Shown: piece by piece, positions 33,897 through 42,360 of the stretch | How positions within the stretch are numbered: the stretch's first letter is position 1 | How the letters are laid out: each line of letters starts with the position of its first letter | From: Nitrospirota bacterium | Lineage (GTDB): Bacteria; Nitrospirota; RBG-16-64-22 | Assembly (NCBI GenBank): GCA_016195465.1 | Contig: JACPZO010000042.1 | Location: 1-50,884 of the forward strand | DNA: 50,884 nucleotides | Reading direction: 5' to 3' | Notes under the pieces: model-generated | What the model was told of the DNA's origin: nothing | Databases searched by the model: none | What the model saw: only the letters and a program-made list of their open reading frames with translations | Position numbers and translations under genes: made by a program

Positions 33897-33928
33897 CATT
33901 CACCGATTCACCCATTCACCGATTCACC
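33897..33928 (-). repeat. GGTGAAT(C/G) octamer array (4 units)
   Basis: Plus strand reads CATTCACC GATTCACC CATTCACC GATTCACC. On the minus (sense) strand the array starts 2 nt after the stop of the MBL gene. Confidence 0.95.
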
Positions 33929-33930
33929 GC

Positions 33931-34776
33931 CTACTCGATTGCCTGCCCCGGCGTGGGAACGATCACGCGGGCCTTCTTCACGCGCTTCTTGAACTCCTCG
34001 GGCGAGCCGGGAAGTTGGAACGTCCCGCCGTAGTGCATCGGAACGACCCACTTCGGCTTCAGGAGGGAGACGGCGTAGGCCGCTTCCTCCGGGCCCATCG
34101 TGAAGATCCCTCCGATGGGAAGGAGCGCCACGAGCGGCCGGTGGAGGCGGTGGATCGTCCGCATGTCCTCGAAGGCCGCCGTGTCGCCGGCGTGATAGAT
34201 CCGGACCTTGGGCGCGACCTCGATGACGAACCCCGCGGCGGCCCCTCCGTACAGGGGCGCTTTCGGTCCCCAGGAGCCGATCGAGGACGAGTGGTCGGCC
34301 TTCACCATCGTGACCTTAGCCCCGGCCACCTCCACGACTCCTCCGATCCCCAGCGGCTGGAGCCTCTCGCTCGGAACGCCCTGCTCCCAGAGATACAGCA
34401 AGATCTCGGCCGGCAAGACGATCTTGAGTTCCTTCTTCGCGCTCGGACTCTTCGCGATCTCGATCACGTCGCCCAAATGATCCAGGTGGCCGTGCGTAAT
34501 GAGGATGGCGTCGGCGTCCATGACCTTCGAGAGGTCTTCCTTGCCGTCCGCCCCCTTGTACGGGTAGAGGGTGTTGCCGCGCGCCCAGGGATCCGTGAGG
34601 ATCACCTTTCCGCCGCCGGTCTCGATCCTGAAGAACGACTGTCCGAGCCACGTCATCTTGAACCCCAAGCCGATGTCGGGCTTGGGATCGGCTTGGGCCG
34701 GCGCCGGGCTTGCCGCCAGGGCGAACGCAAGCGAGGCGGTTCCAAGAAGCAAACGGGGAAATGCACGGCGGGGCAT
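33931..34776 (-). CDS. Secreted MBL-fold metallo-hydrolase
   Basis: Start at ATG 34776 (GGAGGAG RBS) giving the signal peptide 'LLLGTASLAFALAASPAPAQA'. 'THGHLDHLGD' is the HxHxDH motif. Confidence 0.8.
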   Translation of the reverse strand: MPRRAFPRLLLGTASLAFALAASPAPAQADPKPDIGLGFKMTWLGQSFFRIETGGGKVILTDPWARGNTLYPYKGADGKEDLSKVMDADAILITHGHLDHLGDVIEIAKSPSAKKELKIVLPAEILLYLWEQGVPSERLQPLGIGGVVEVAGAKVTMVKADHSSSIGSWGPKAPLYGGAAAGFVIEVAPKVRIYHAGDTAAFEDMRTIHRLHRPLVALLPIGGIFTMGPEEAAYAVSLLKPKWVVPMHYGGTFQLPGSPEEFKKRVKKARVIVPTPGQAIE

Positions 34777-35173
34777 AGCTCCTCCTTGCGCGTGGCCTTG
34801 GGAGTGGATTGATCGGTTCGAGACGCAATCGTGTAGCATGGGGCGGGACTCAAGTCAAGCGCGGGGGCCATCGTCCTCCGGGCTGGATTCCTCGGATCGA
34901 CGGCGAGCCCTGGCCGGTGATTTTTCCTTGACAACGCCTGGGGAAAGTATGGCATAGTTATTCCCGATTGTAGACCGGTTTTGCCCCAGTTGAATGCAGA
35001 GACGACATCCAACCGCCGAGCCAACGCCGCTTTGCGGTTTTTTTGTGCCTGCTTTCACCGGGACGGTTCGGCCTGACAATCCTCGACGGCTCGGAGATCC
35101 ACCATTTACGGGGGTATCGGGCCGAGATCCCCGCACGCCGGGGGGTTCCGGTGAAAAGGAGGTGATTTGACAG

Positions 35174-35374
35174 ATGGCACGAGGAACCGTTAAGTGGTTC
35201 AACGACGCGAAAGGGTTCGGCTTCATCGCCCAGGAGGGCGGTAAAGACGTATTCGTCCACTTCTCCGCGATCCAGGGTGATGGGTTCAAGACACTCGTCG
35301 AAGGAGATACGGTGGAGTTCGAAGTGACCCAGGGCCCGAAGGGTCCGCAGGCGTCCAATGTTCGAAAGGTCTAG
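35174..35374 (+). CDS. cspA: Cold-shock protein
   Basis: 66 aa. '[15 protein letters not shown]' (RNP1) and 'DVFVHFSAI' (RNP2). Confidence 0.95.
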   Translation: MARGTVKWFNDAKGFGFIAQEGGKDVFVHFSAIQGDGFKTLVEGDTVEFEVTQGPKGPQASNVRKV

Positions 35375-35385
35375 GGGTCTCTAAA

Positions 35386-35430
35386 CCGCGGAGGTCGGAG
35401 AATCCCCGCCTTTCAAGGCGGGGTTCTTCA
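35386..35430 (+). repeat. 45-nt dispersed hairpin repeat (inverted second copy at 41998-42042)
   Basis: CCGCGGAGGTCGGAGAATCCCCGCCTTTCAAGGCGGGGTTCTTCA. The reverse complement is identical at 41998-42042. Stem is CCCCGCC/GGCGGGG. Confidence 0.9.
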
Positions 35431-35450
35431 GCTCATGGACCACTAAGGGA

Positions 35451-35488
35451 ACGGCCCGGTTGGATTTCCAGCCGGGCCGTGTTTTTTT
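35451..35488 (+). terminator. Rho-independent terminator of cspA
   Basis: ACGGCCCGG (35451-35459) / CCGGGCCGT (35472-35480), followed by a run of 7 T. Confidence 0.75.
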
Positions 35489-35854
35489 CTCGAAGGCGTG
35501 TCGCGGCAGCGTCCGGCTCAACCCCGTGCAAGGAGGTGCCCGATGAACACCTCGGCCACGGGGATCAAGAAGAGCTAGCCCCCATCCATTCTCGAAATTC
35601 GGTTTGCGACACCCTCGCCTGCCCGCCCCTGCCCGCGGGGGGCAGGCGGGGCGGCCGGTTTTTCCACTTCTTACGTTCTTACGGAATCCGCTGGCGGGGC
35701 GGCCCGCTTCTCCCGCTTTCTACGGCAAACGTGTACGCGGCTCTTGAGAATTTCTCCCTCCGATCCGATATGACGTTCTGAGCGGGGAAGACCGGAACGC
35801 CGGGATTCCGCCCGCCCCGAATGCCGGGGCCGTCATCCAAACCCGAGAGTTTTC

Positions 35855-37333
35855 ATGGGAAAAACCCAGCCCATCACCGAGACCCAGGCAAGAGAACTTC
35901 AGCCGGGGACTCTTCTTGACGAATTTCGGATCGAGCGGAAGATTGGGGAAGGCGGGATGGCCCGGCTCTATCTGGCCGTCAACCTCGATGGGCAGTACAA
36001 GGTCCTCAAAGTCCCCCGCCAGTCGTACGGGATCGACCCCGTCTGCGTTGTCTCCCTGGAAAACGAGATGAGGCTGGCCCCCTACCTCGAGGATTTCCCT
36101 CATGCCCACATGCCCGAAGCGCGAGGCGCCGCCTCGGGCGGTTATCTCGTCATGGACTACATCCAAGGGGTGGACCTGCTCACCCACCTGAGGGAGACCG
36201 GCTTCCTCTCCGAGGAGGAGGCCGTGTCGCTCATCCGCAAGATCGTCCTGGCGATGAGCGAGCTCCACCAGCGGAGGATCCTCCACCTGGATCTGAAGCT
36301 GTCGAACGTGATGATCACGTCCGACGGGAACGTCCGTCTCGTGGATTTCGGCCTGGCGAACCACCTGGATTTGCCCGATCTCATCTACGAGTCCTTTCCC
36401 GAACCGAAGGGGACCCCGGCCTACATCGCCCCCGAGCAGTTCATCGGGGTCCGCGACGACCCGAGGTCCGACATCTTTTCGATCGGGACGATGCTCTACG
36501 AGATGACGACCGGGAAGCTTCCTTTCCCCGATGCGCGGACCGAGTGGGGGGTCGTCCAGCGGATTAGGAGCGGCGTGACCCCGCCCCGGAAATATAATCC
36601 GGCGTTCAGCGGCGCGTTCGAATTCCTCGTCCTGAACTGCCTCAGGACCAACCCGGACGAACGCTTCAACAGCATGGAAGAGTTGTACGAGACGCTCGGC
36701 CTCTGGGAGCAGGAGATTCCCATCCAGGGAATCGTCAAGTTCGCCCCGAAAGACGAGGCCCCGCCGGAGCGTCCCTCCGTGACGGCGGCCTTGAAGCGGG
36801 TCTCACGCCTGATTCCGAGAATCTGGGAGAAGAACCGGGACGACTTCGAGCGCCTGAAGCGGTGGGCCGACGACCGCGTAAAGTCCGAGAAGGAACGCCC
36901 CTTCCGGGTCCTCGTCGCGATCGACCTGGGGCAGGACGCTTCTTCGCGGGAGCTGAACGAGCGCGTGGTCCGGCACGCCATCGATCTGGCCAGGGGACGG
37001 CATTCCTTCATCACCGTTATGACCGCGGTCACGGAGGACACGGGGCTGGCCGGGCCGGAAAAGGAGATGAAGGTCTACAACGAGGCGTGCATCCGTGCCC
37101 GGAAGGCGATCAAGGGGCTGATCGGGGCGGCTGGCGGGGACGGGTCGCCGGTCGGCATCAACGTGCGACAGGGCGACGTGGTGGAAGCGGTCAACGGGTG
37201 CATTCGGGACTACAAGGCGGATCTGCTGGTCGTCGGCGGGAGCAGGCGGGGGGCCTTAAGCCGCTTCATCCTGGGGAGCACGGCTTACAAGATCCTGACG
37301 TCGGTTCGCTGCAACGTGTACGTCGTTCACTGA
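35855..37333 (+). CDS. Ser/Thr protein kinase fused to a C-terminal universal stress protein (USP) domain
   Basis: 'IGEGGMARLY', 'VLKVP', 'HLDLKLSNVM', 'DFGLA', 'GTPAYIAPE'. C-terminus 'VLVAIDL...ADLLVVGGSRRGALSRFILGSTAYKIL' is USP-like. Confidence 0.85.
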   Translation: MGKTQPITETQARELQPGTLLDEFRIERKIGEGGMARLYLAVNLDGQYKVLKVPRQSYGIDPVCVVSLENEMRLAPYLEDFPHAHMPEARGAASGGYLVMDYIQGVDLLTHLRETGFLSEEEAVSLIRKIVLAMSELHQRRILHLDLKLSNVMITSDGNVRLVDFGLANHLDLPDLIYESFPEPKGTPAYIAPEQFIGVRDDPRSDIFSIGTMLYEMTTGKLPFPDARTEWGVVQRIRSGVTPPRKYNPAFSGAFEFLVLNCLRTNPDERFNSMEELYETLGLWEQEIPIQGIVKFAPKDEAPPERPSVTAALKRVSRLIPRIWEKNRDDFERLKRWADDRVKSEKERPFRVLVAIDLGQDASSRELNERVVRHAIDLARGRHSFITVMTAVTEDTGLAGPEKEMKVYNEACIRARKAIKGLIGAAGGDGSPVGINVRQGDVVEAVNGCIRDYKADLLVVGGSRRGALSRFILGSTAYKILTSVRCNVYVVH

Positions 37334-37400
37334 CCCGATCCGCTCACGAAATCCGCGCCACGGCTCCCCCGCGGGATCTGTCAGGGCAATCTTCCGCTCT

Positions 37401-37455
37401 TTGCATTGAAAATTGTCAATTTCAAATTTTCAATTCTCAATTTTCAATTCCTGAC
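37401..37455 (+). repeat. AT-rich ~7-nt periodic repeat (CAATTTT/CAATTCT type)
   Basis: TTGCATTGAAAATTGTCAATTTCAAATTTTCAATTCTCAATTTTCAATTCC in an otherwise GC-rich convergent spacer. It shares its first 13 nt with the locus at 49731-49790 (sense strand). Confidence 0.85.
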
Positions 37456-37512
37456 TTTCCGCCCCGGCGTCCATCTGCCCAACCGCCCGGCGATCCAGGT
37501 TGGGACGGGGTT

Positions 37513-38025
37513 CTACCAGGGGGGCAAGGGAAAGCTCGGGACGCGGAGGGAAGAGCGCTGGCTCTTGAGCGACCACGGCGCGGTCCCGGGGCCGAGCTCG
37601 GCCTTCCCGGAGCCCGCCGGGATCGTCCCCGGATTGCCCGACGATCCCTTGTTTTCCACGGCCGTGCGGATGATCTTGTCCAGGAGCTTGGCCGAGATCG
37701 GCTTGTGGAGGAACTCCTGGGCGTCGAGCGACATCGCCTTCATGTACTGATTCAACAGTCCCTGCGCCGTGATGACGAGGACGATCGTGTCCGGGGATTC
37801 GACCCGGAGCGTCCGGAGGATCTCGAGGCCGTCCCCGTCGGGGAGGCGGATGTCGAGGAGGACCACGTCGGGGCGGACCCGCCGGAACGTCGAGATCCCC
37901 GATGCCGCCGTATCGGCCGTCCAGACCGTGTAGCCGAGAGATTCGAGCCGGAGCTGGAGGGTGTAGAGAATCGCCTCGTCGTCGTCGATGATCAGGATGT
38001 TGAGGGGCGCGCCGTTGGTTGTCAT
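37513..38025 (-). CDS. Stand-alone CheY-like response-regulator receiver
   Basis: 'ILIIDDDE', 'DVVLLDIRLPDGDG', 'VLVITA', 'KP' receiver motifs. Low-complexity tail. Confidence 0.8.
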   Translation of the reverse strand: MTTNGAPLNILIIDDDEAILYTLQLRLESLGYTVWTADTAASGISTFRRVRPDVVLLDIRLPDGDGLEILRTLRVESPDTIVLVITAQGLLNQYMKAMSLDAQEFLHKPISAKLLDKIIRTAVENKGSSGNPGTIPAGSGKAELGPGTAPWSLKSQRSSLRVPSFPLPPW

Positions 38026-38132
38026 AGCTGGGAAGCCTGCTCGATGAAGATGAAGACCGCCGCCGCGAGCAACGCCGCCGCCCAGATCAGGGGGGACAGG
38101 AAAGACTGCGGCTCCGCCGGCATGCCATTCAC
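38022..38132 (-). CDS. Candidate 36-codon single-TM mini-protein, translationally coupled to the receiver gene
   Basis: GTG 38132 (GAGGAAAC 6 nt upstream) or ATG 38123. '(VNG)MPAEPQSFLSPLIWAAALLAAAVFIFIEQASQL'. Its TGA overlaps the receiver ATG (ATGA). Too short for the ORF track. Confidence 0.4.
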   Translation of the reverse strand: MNGMPAEPQSFLSPLIWAAALLAAAVFIFIEQASQL

Positions 38133-38304
38133 GTTTGTTTCCTCTGTTTCCTCAGGCGGCCGCTTCACGCCGCCCCGCCGCTAGAGGACGGGGCGGCGGG
38201 AGGACCGACCCCATGTCGGCCCTCCCGCATCGGAAAGAAGGGGATTCCTCTTTCCGCTCCAGAGAGTCCTCGGCCAAGAGAATCTCTGGCACGGTCTCGT
38301 GAAT

Positions 38305-38320
38305 TGCAGGTCTAGTGCCA
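38305..38320 (-). promoter_or_regulatory. Sigma-54 promoter candidate TGGCAC-N5-CTGCA
   Basis: Minus strand reads TTGGCACTAGACCTGCAAT with correct GG-N10-GC spacing. It lies downstream of the NtrC-type activator and about 170 nt upstream of the mini-ORF/receiver. Confidence 0.55.
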
Positions 38321-38490
38321 ATGGGAAGTTCCCGCCGGGCGAGAATCCCCTCGCCGATGCCCGGCTGATAACAGCCCAAAAATCCTATGGTTTCTACCAA
38401 GCCGCTGAAGTTGATGTCTGGTCGGGGGATATCGTCCATTGGAGCGGGATGTATGGGGAGCTATACACTCTGTGTATGCCGGCAAACAAT

Positions 38491-39849
38491 TCATGACCTG
38501 AACTCGTCGAGATTTATCCCGTATTTCTTGATCAGATTGTAGAGGGCGATCCGCTGGTGTCCGGCCAGCTTCGCCGCCGTGCTCACGTTCCCCTTCGTGA
38601 TCCGAAGCAGGTTCCGGACGTATTCCTCTTCGAATTCCTCCCTTGCCTCCCTGATCGTCTTGAATCCGCCGGGCTCCTCGCGCCGGGAGGGGAACAGGTC
38701 CTCCGGAGAGATGTAGTTCTCGGCGGCCATGACGACGGCGTGTTCGATCCGGTGTTCCAGCTCCCGCACGTTTCCCGGCCATTCGTAGAGCATCATCCGC
38801 TGAAGGGCCTCGGGCTTGAAGCCTTGAATCTCCTTGTTCATCTGAATTGCGTACTTCTGGAGGAAGTGGTCGGCGAGCAGGGGGACGTCCTCCTTCCGCT
38901 CCCGGAGGGGGGGGAGGGAGACGGGGATGACATGGATGCGGTAGTACAGGTCCTCGCGGAACGTTCCCTCCTCGATGGATTTCTTGAGGTCCTTGTTGGT
39001 GGCGACGATCAGGCGGACGTCCACCTTTCGGGGCGCGTGCCCCCCGACGGGGAGGATTTCCCGCTCTTGCAGGGCCCGGAGAAGCTTGACCTGCGTGGTG
39101 AGGGGCGCGTCGGCGATCTCGTCCAGGAAGAGGGTCCCGCCGTTCGCCGCCATGAAGAGCCCATCCCGATCGTCCGTGGCGCCCGTGTAGGCCCCCTTGA
39201 TGTGGCCGAACAGCTCGTTTTCGAGGAGCGTTTCCGGCAGGGCGCTGCAGTTGACGGCCAGGAACGGCTGGTTCGCGCGCGGGGAGTTGTAATGAATCGC
39301 CTTGGCGATCATCTCCTTCCCCGTTCCACTCTCCCCCAGGATGAGGACGGTGGAGGGGGAGGGCGCCACCTTGATGATCTGCTCGAAAACGAGCTGCATC
39401 GCGGGGCTCTTCCCGACGATGTTCTCGAGGTGGTACTTCTCCAGGAGGTCCTGCCGGAGTCTCTTGATCTCGCGCGTGAGGCTCTGTTTCTCCAGCGCCT
39501 TCTTGACGTGCAACGCGAGGTCATTGTCGTTGAACGGCTTGGTCAGGTAGGAGTAGGCGCCCTTCTTCATCGCCTCGACCGCGTTCTCGATGCTCCCGTG
39601 GGCCGTCAGGATGATGACCGGGATCTCCGGGTTGACGAGCTGGACGTCTTCCATGAGCTGGATTCCGTTCCGCTCGGTCATCTTGAGGTCCGTGATCACG
39701 AGATCGAACGGGCCTCCCTTGACGAGGCCGAGGGCATCGCACGCGTTCGCGGCGGTCGAGACCTCGTATCCGACCGATTCGAGGCGCATGCGGATGACCT
39801 CGAGGATGTTCTCGTTGTCGTCGACGATCAGGATCTTCTCATCGGGCAT
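38491..39849 (-). CDS. Sigma-54-dependent response regulator (NtrC/AtoC family)
   Basis: Receiver 'ILIVDDNE..DLVITDLKM', AAA+ 'GESGTGKE', 'ELFGHIKGAYTGA' (GAFTGA loop), 'FLDEI', C-terminal Fis-type HTH 'GNVSTAAKLAGHQRIALYNLIKKYGI'. Start preferred at ATG 39849. Confidence 0.9.
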   Translation of the reverse strand: MPDEKILIVDDNENILEVIRMRLESVGYEVSTAANACDALGLVKGGPFDLVITDLKMTERNGIQLMEDVQLVNPEIPVIILTAHGSIENAVEAMKKGAYSYLTKPFNDNDLALHVKKALEKQSLTREIKRLRQDLLEKYHLENIVGKSPAMQLVFEQIIKVAPSPSTVLILGESGTGKEMIAKAIHYNSPRANQPFLAVNCSALPETLLENELFGHIKGAYTGATDDRDGLFMAANGGTLFLDEIADAPLTTQVKLLRALQEREILPVGGHAPRKVDVRLIVATNKDLKKSIEEGTFREDLYYRIHVIPVSLPPLRERKEDVPLLADHFLQKYAIQMNKEIQGFKPEALQRMMLYEWPGNVRELEHRIEHAVVMAAENYISPEDLFPSRREEPGGFKTIREAREEFEEEYVRNLLRITKGNVSTAAKLAGHQRIALYNLIKKYGINLDEFRS

Positions 39850-39882
39850 GGCGGCTCCCATCCGTGGTCTCAAACGCGCGTG

Positions 39883-40353
39883 TCAGTTCCGCTTCTTTCG
39901 CTCCAGCTCCTCGATCTTGATGTGCGCTTCCTTGAGTTTCTTGATCTCGTTCCTCAGTTCCTGATTGGTCTTATCCGCGGCCGCGGCCCGGCGGACCAGG
40001 TCGACCAGGACCGCGGCGTCGTCGGCGCGCGGATGCGCGGGGTGGCGCTCGATCAGGAGCGTGAGGTCCTGCAGTCCCCGGGCCGGGTCGCCGCCCGGAT
40101 TGCGGGGGGAGAGATGCGTCTTGGCCGACCAGAAGAGGATCTCGCCGGCGAGCGCCGGGGACGAAGGGTCGCGCCGCGCCGCCGCGAGCTCCGACTGAGC
40201 GCGGGCGAAGTTTCCGTCCCGGTAGGCGCTGATTCCCTCGGACAGGTGGTTTTTGACCTGCCGGTCGAACGCGAACGCGTCGACCCGGTGCTGGACGTCG
40301 GCGCAGCCGGCGACCGCGAGCAGGAAGATGAGGGACCAGGCGGTTCTTCGCAT
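39883..40353 (-). CDS. Lipoprotein (lipobox LAVAGC) with helical/coiled-coil C-terminus
   Basis: 156 aa. 'LIFLLAVAGC' lipobox. Sits between the kinase and regulator genes. Confidence 0.6.
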   Translation of the reverse strand: MRRTAWSLIFLLAVAGCADVQHRVDAFAFDRQVKNHLSEGISAYRDGNFARAQSELAAARRDPSSPALAGEILFWSAKTHLSPRNPGGDPARGLQDLTLLIERHPAHPRADDAAVLVDLVRRAAAADKTNQELRNEIKKLKEAHIKIEELERKKRN

Positions 40354-40356
40354 GGG

Positions 40357-41841
40357 CTACGTGCCTCCTGTGGTGACGAGTGCGTGAGCGACGGGAAGGA
40401 CGAAGGCGAACGAGGCCCCACCGCCGGGATGGGACTCGACCCATATCCGTCCACGATGCGCCTCGACGATGTGCCGGGCGATGGGGAGCCCGAGCCCCGT
40501 TCCTCCCGAGGCCCCGGTCATGACGGGATCGACCTGATGGAACTTGTCGAAAATGCGGGCTTGGGCCTCCGGCGGGATGCCCCGCCCCGTGTCCTTGACC
40601 GAGACCCGGATTCCCTCGGGCGTCTCCGCCGCGGACAGCGTCACCGTTCCCTCGCGCTCCGTAAACTTGACCGCGTTGTGGAGGAGATTCGTGACGACTT
40701 GCTGGATTCGGAGCTCGTCCATCCGGATGACCGGGAGATTCGGGGAGATGAGGGAAACCATGTGGATCCCCTTGCCCACGGCCAGGGGCTGGATTTCCTG
40801 GACGGCGTGCTTCAAGACCTCCTCGATCCGCGCCGGGTGGACGTTGAGGGGCATCATCCCCGCCTCCATCTTGGACAGGTCGAGCAGATCGTTGATCAGC
40901 CGGAGGAGCTTGTCGGCGTCGATCTCGATAATCTTGAGGAGGCGCTCCTGCTTGGGCGTGACGGGTCCGGCGACCTGGTCCTGCATGAGGCTGGTCGCTT
41001 CCTTGAGCGACGTGAGCGGGCTTCGGAGCTCGTGCGAGAGACACGAGACGAAATCCGCCTTCATCCGGTCGAGCTCGCCCAGCTTCTCGGCCATCTGGTT
41101 GAAGGATCGGGCGAGCGAGCCGAGCTCGTCGGGCGACGGGTCGTCGAGAGCGTAGGCGAAATTTCCCGAGGCGATCTGGCGGGTCCCCTCGTCGAGCTTC
41201 CGGACCCGCTCGTGGATGGAGCGGACGATGACGAGGGCGATGGAGCTGCTCGCCAGCCCGGCCAGGACGACGGCGAGGATCGTGGCCTGCCTGGCCCGGT
41301 CGGCCTGGGCGTTGGATACCGTCACCGCGGCGTCGAGCGACCGGCGACCGTCCGAGATCATCGTGGTGATGAGTCCGTAGAGCTCTTCGAAGACGGGGGG
41401 CGGGACCTCGTCCAGGGAAACCGGTTTGCCTTCGGCCAGGCGGGCGGCGCGGGCGGAGACGTCTTCAGCGTAGGCCGCGTGGAGGGACGCCGTCTTGTCC
41501 AGGGCGCCGCGCTCGTCCGGGCCGGCGGCCATCCCGGTCATCCGCTTCACGGTGCGGTCGAAGGCCTCGCCCCTCTCCCTGAACAAGGAGAGGTAGTCGG
41601 GGTCTTTCAGGATGAAGTACTTGGCCTCGTTCCGGGCCTCGGCGATGAGGTGCTCCAGGATATCCGAGCGCGACTGGGCCAGGACGAGATCGCGGCGCAG
41701 TACGGTTTCTGTGATGTTGTTGAGGACCGAGAAGTTGTAGATCGCGTATCCTCCGGAGGCCATGGCCAGCCCGACGACGATACTGTAGCCCAGGATGATC
41801 TTCCGGGCGAGAGACGGTTTCGCGAATGGATATGGCACCAT
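40357..41841 (-). CDS. Sensor histidine kinase (two TM, HAMP, HisKA, HATPase)
   Basis: Start at ATG 41841. H-box 'SHELRSPL', N-box 'NLLHNAVKF', 'DTGRGIP', 'GGTGLGLPIA'. Confidence 0.85.
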   Translation of the reverse strand: MVPYPFAKPSLARKIILGYSIVVGLAMASGGYAIYNFSVLNNITETVLRRDLVLAQSRSDILEHLIAEARNEAKYFILKDPDYLSLFRERGEAFDRTVKRMTGMAAGPDERGALDKTASLHAAYAEDVSARAARLAEGKPVSLDEVPPPVFEELYGLITTMISDGRRSLDAAVTVSNAQADRARQATILAVVLAGLASSSIALVIVRSIHERVRKLDEGTRQIASGNFAYALDDPSPDELGSLARSFNQMAEKLGELDRMKADFVSCLSHELRSPLTSLKEATSLMQDQVAGPVTPKQERLLKIIEIDADKLLRLINDLLDLSKMEAGMMPLNVHPARIEEVLKHAVQEIQPLAVGKGIHMVSLISPNLPVIRMDELRIQQVVTNLLHNAVKFTEREGTVTLSAAETPEGIRVSVKDTGRGIPPEAQARIFDKFHQVDPVMTGASGGTGLGLPIARHIVEAHRGRIWVESHPGGGASFAFVLPVAHALVTTGGT

Positions 41842-41997
41842 GATGATCCGAGGCGGGCCGATCTTGGCTTCACGCAGCCTGCGGAAGTATAGCAGAATTC
41901 CGGTCCTTGTCCATCGGAGCTTTCGAGCGCCCAGGGAGCGCTCGGGACGCTCGATTCGAGCTTGACCGGGTGGAGCCGGTCGAGTAGAAGGAAGCGG

Positions 41998-42042
41998 TTG
42001 AAGAACCCCGCCTTGAAAGGCGGGGATTCTCCGACCTCCGCG
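41998..42042 (-). repeat. 45-nt dispersed hairpin repeat, inverted copy
   Basis: Exact reverse complement of 35386-35430. Confidence 0.9.
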
Positions 42043-42069
42043 GTTCATCCTTCCACAGGGAGGTGCCGA

Positions 42070-42351
42070 ATGCGCCACGCAGTAAATTTCCTCGTTTTCG
42101 CCGCGTCGTCGTCCATCCTGCTCGCATGCTCGCCCGCGCCGGCGACCTCTCCTCCTTCGAAGGAGCCGACGGCGGCCCTGGCCCCCGATTCCGAGCGGCC
42201 CGCCCATCCCGTCAAGGTCCTGCAGCCGGCGAAACCTCTCAAGGTCAAGATCAAGAAGACGGCCAAGGACGAGATCGTCTGGGAGATCGAAGGGGGAGAC
42301 CTGGATCAGGTGGTCCGGGCGACCCATCGATTGAAGAAAGAGTTTCCGTAG
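42070..42351 (+). CDS. Small putative lipoprotein
   Basis: ATG 42070 with GGGAGGTG RBS. 'FLVFAASSSILLACS' lipobox. 93 aa. Confidence 0.5.
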   Translation: MRHAVNFLVFAASSSILLACSPAPATSPPSKEPTAALAPDSERPAHPVKVLQPAKPLKVKIKKTAKDEIVWEIEGGDLDQVVRATHRLKKEFP

Positions 42352-42360
42352 TTCTTCCGA

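Noticed and set aside
38286-38307. Plus-strand sigma-54-like TGGCACG...TTGCA
   Set aside because: Eleven nucleotides separate TGGCAC and TTGCA instead of five, so the GG/GC spacing is wrong. The minus-strand site overlapping it has correct spacing and a sensible downstream target.
38557-41892. 1111-aa plus-strand ORF, the longest unexplained ORF in the track
   Set aside because: It is antisense to three well-supported minus-strand genes (sigma-54 regulator, lipoprotein, histidine kinase). Its composition is Arg/Gly/Asp/Leu/Val-rich and repetitive with no motifs, the classic GC-rich antisense artefact. The same reasoning applies to 23001..25505, 11298..13385, 28432..30759, 15037..16836, 8345..10333 and similar ORFs.
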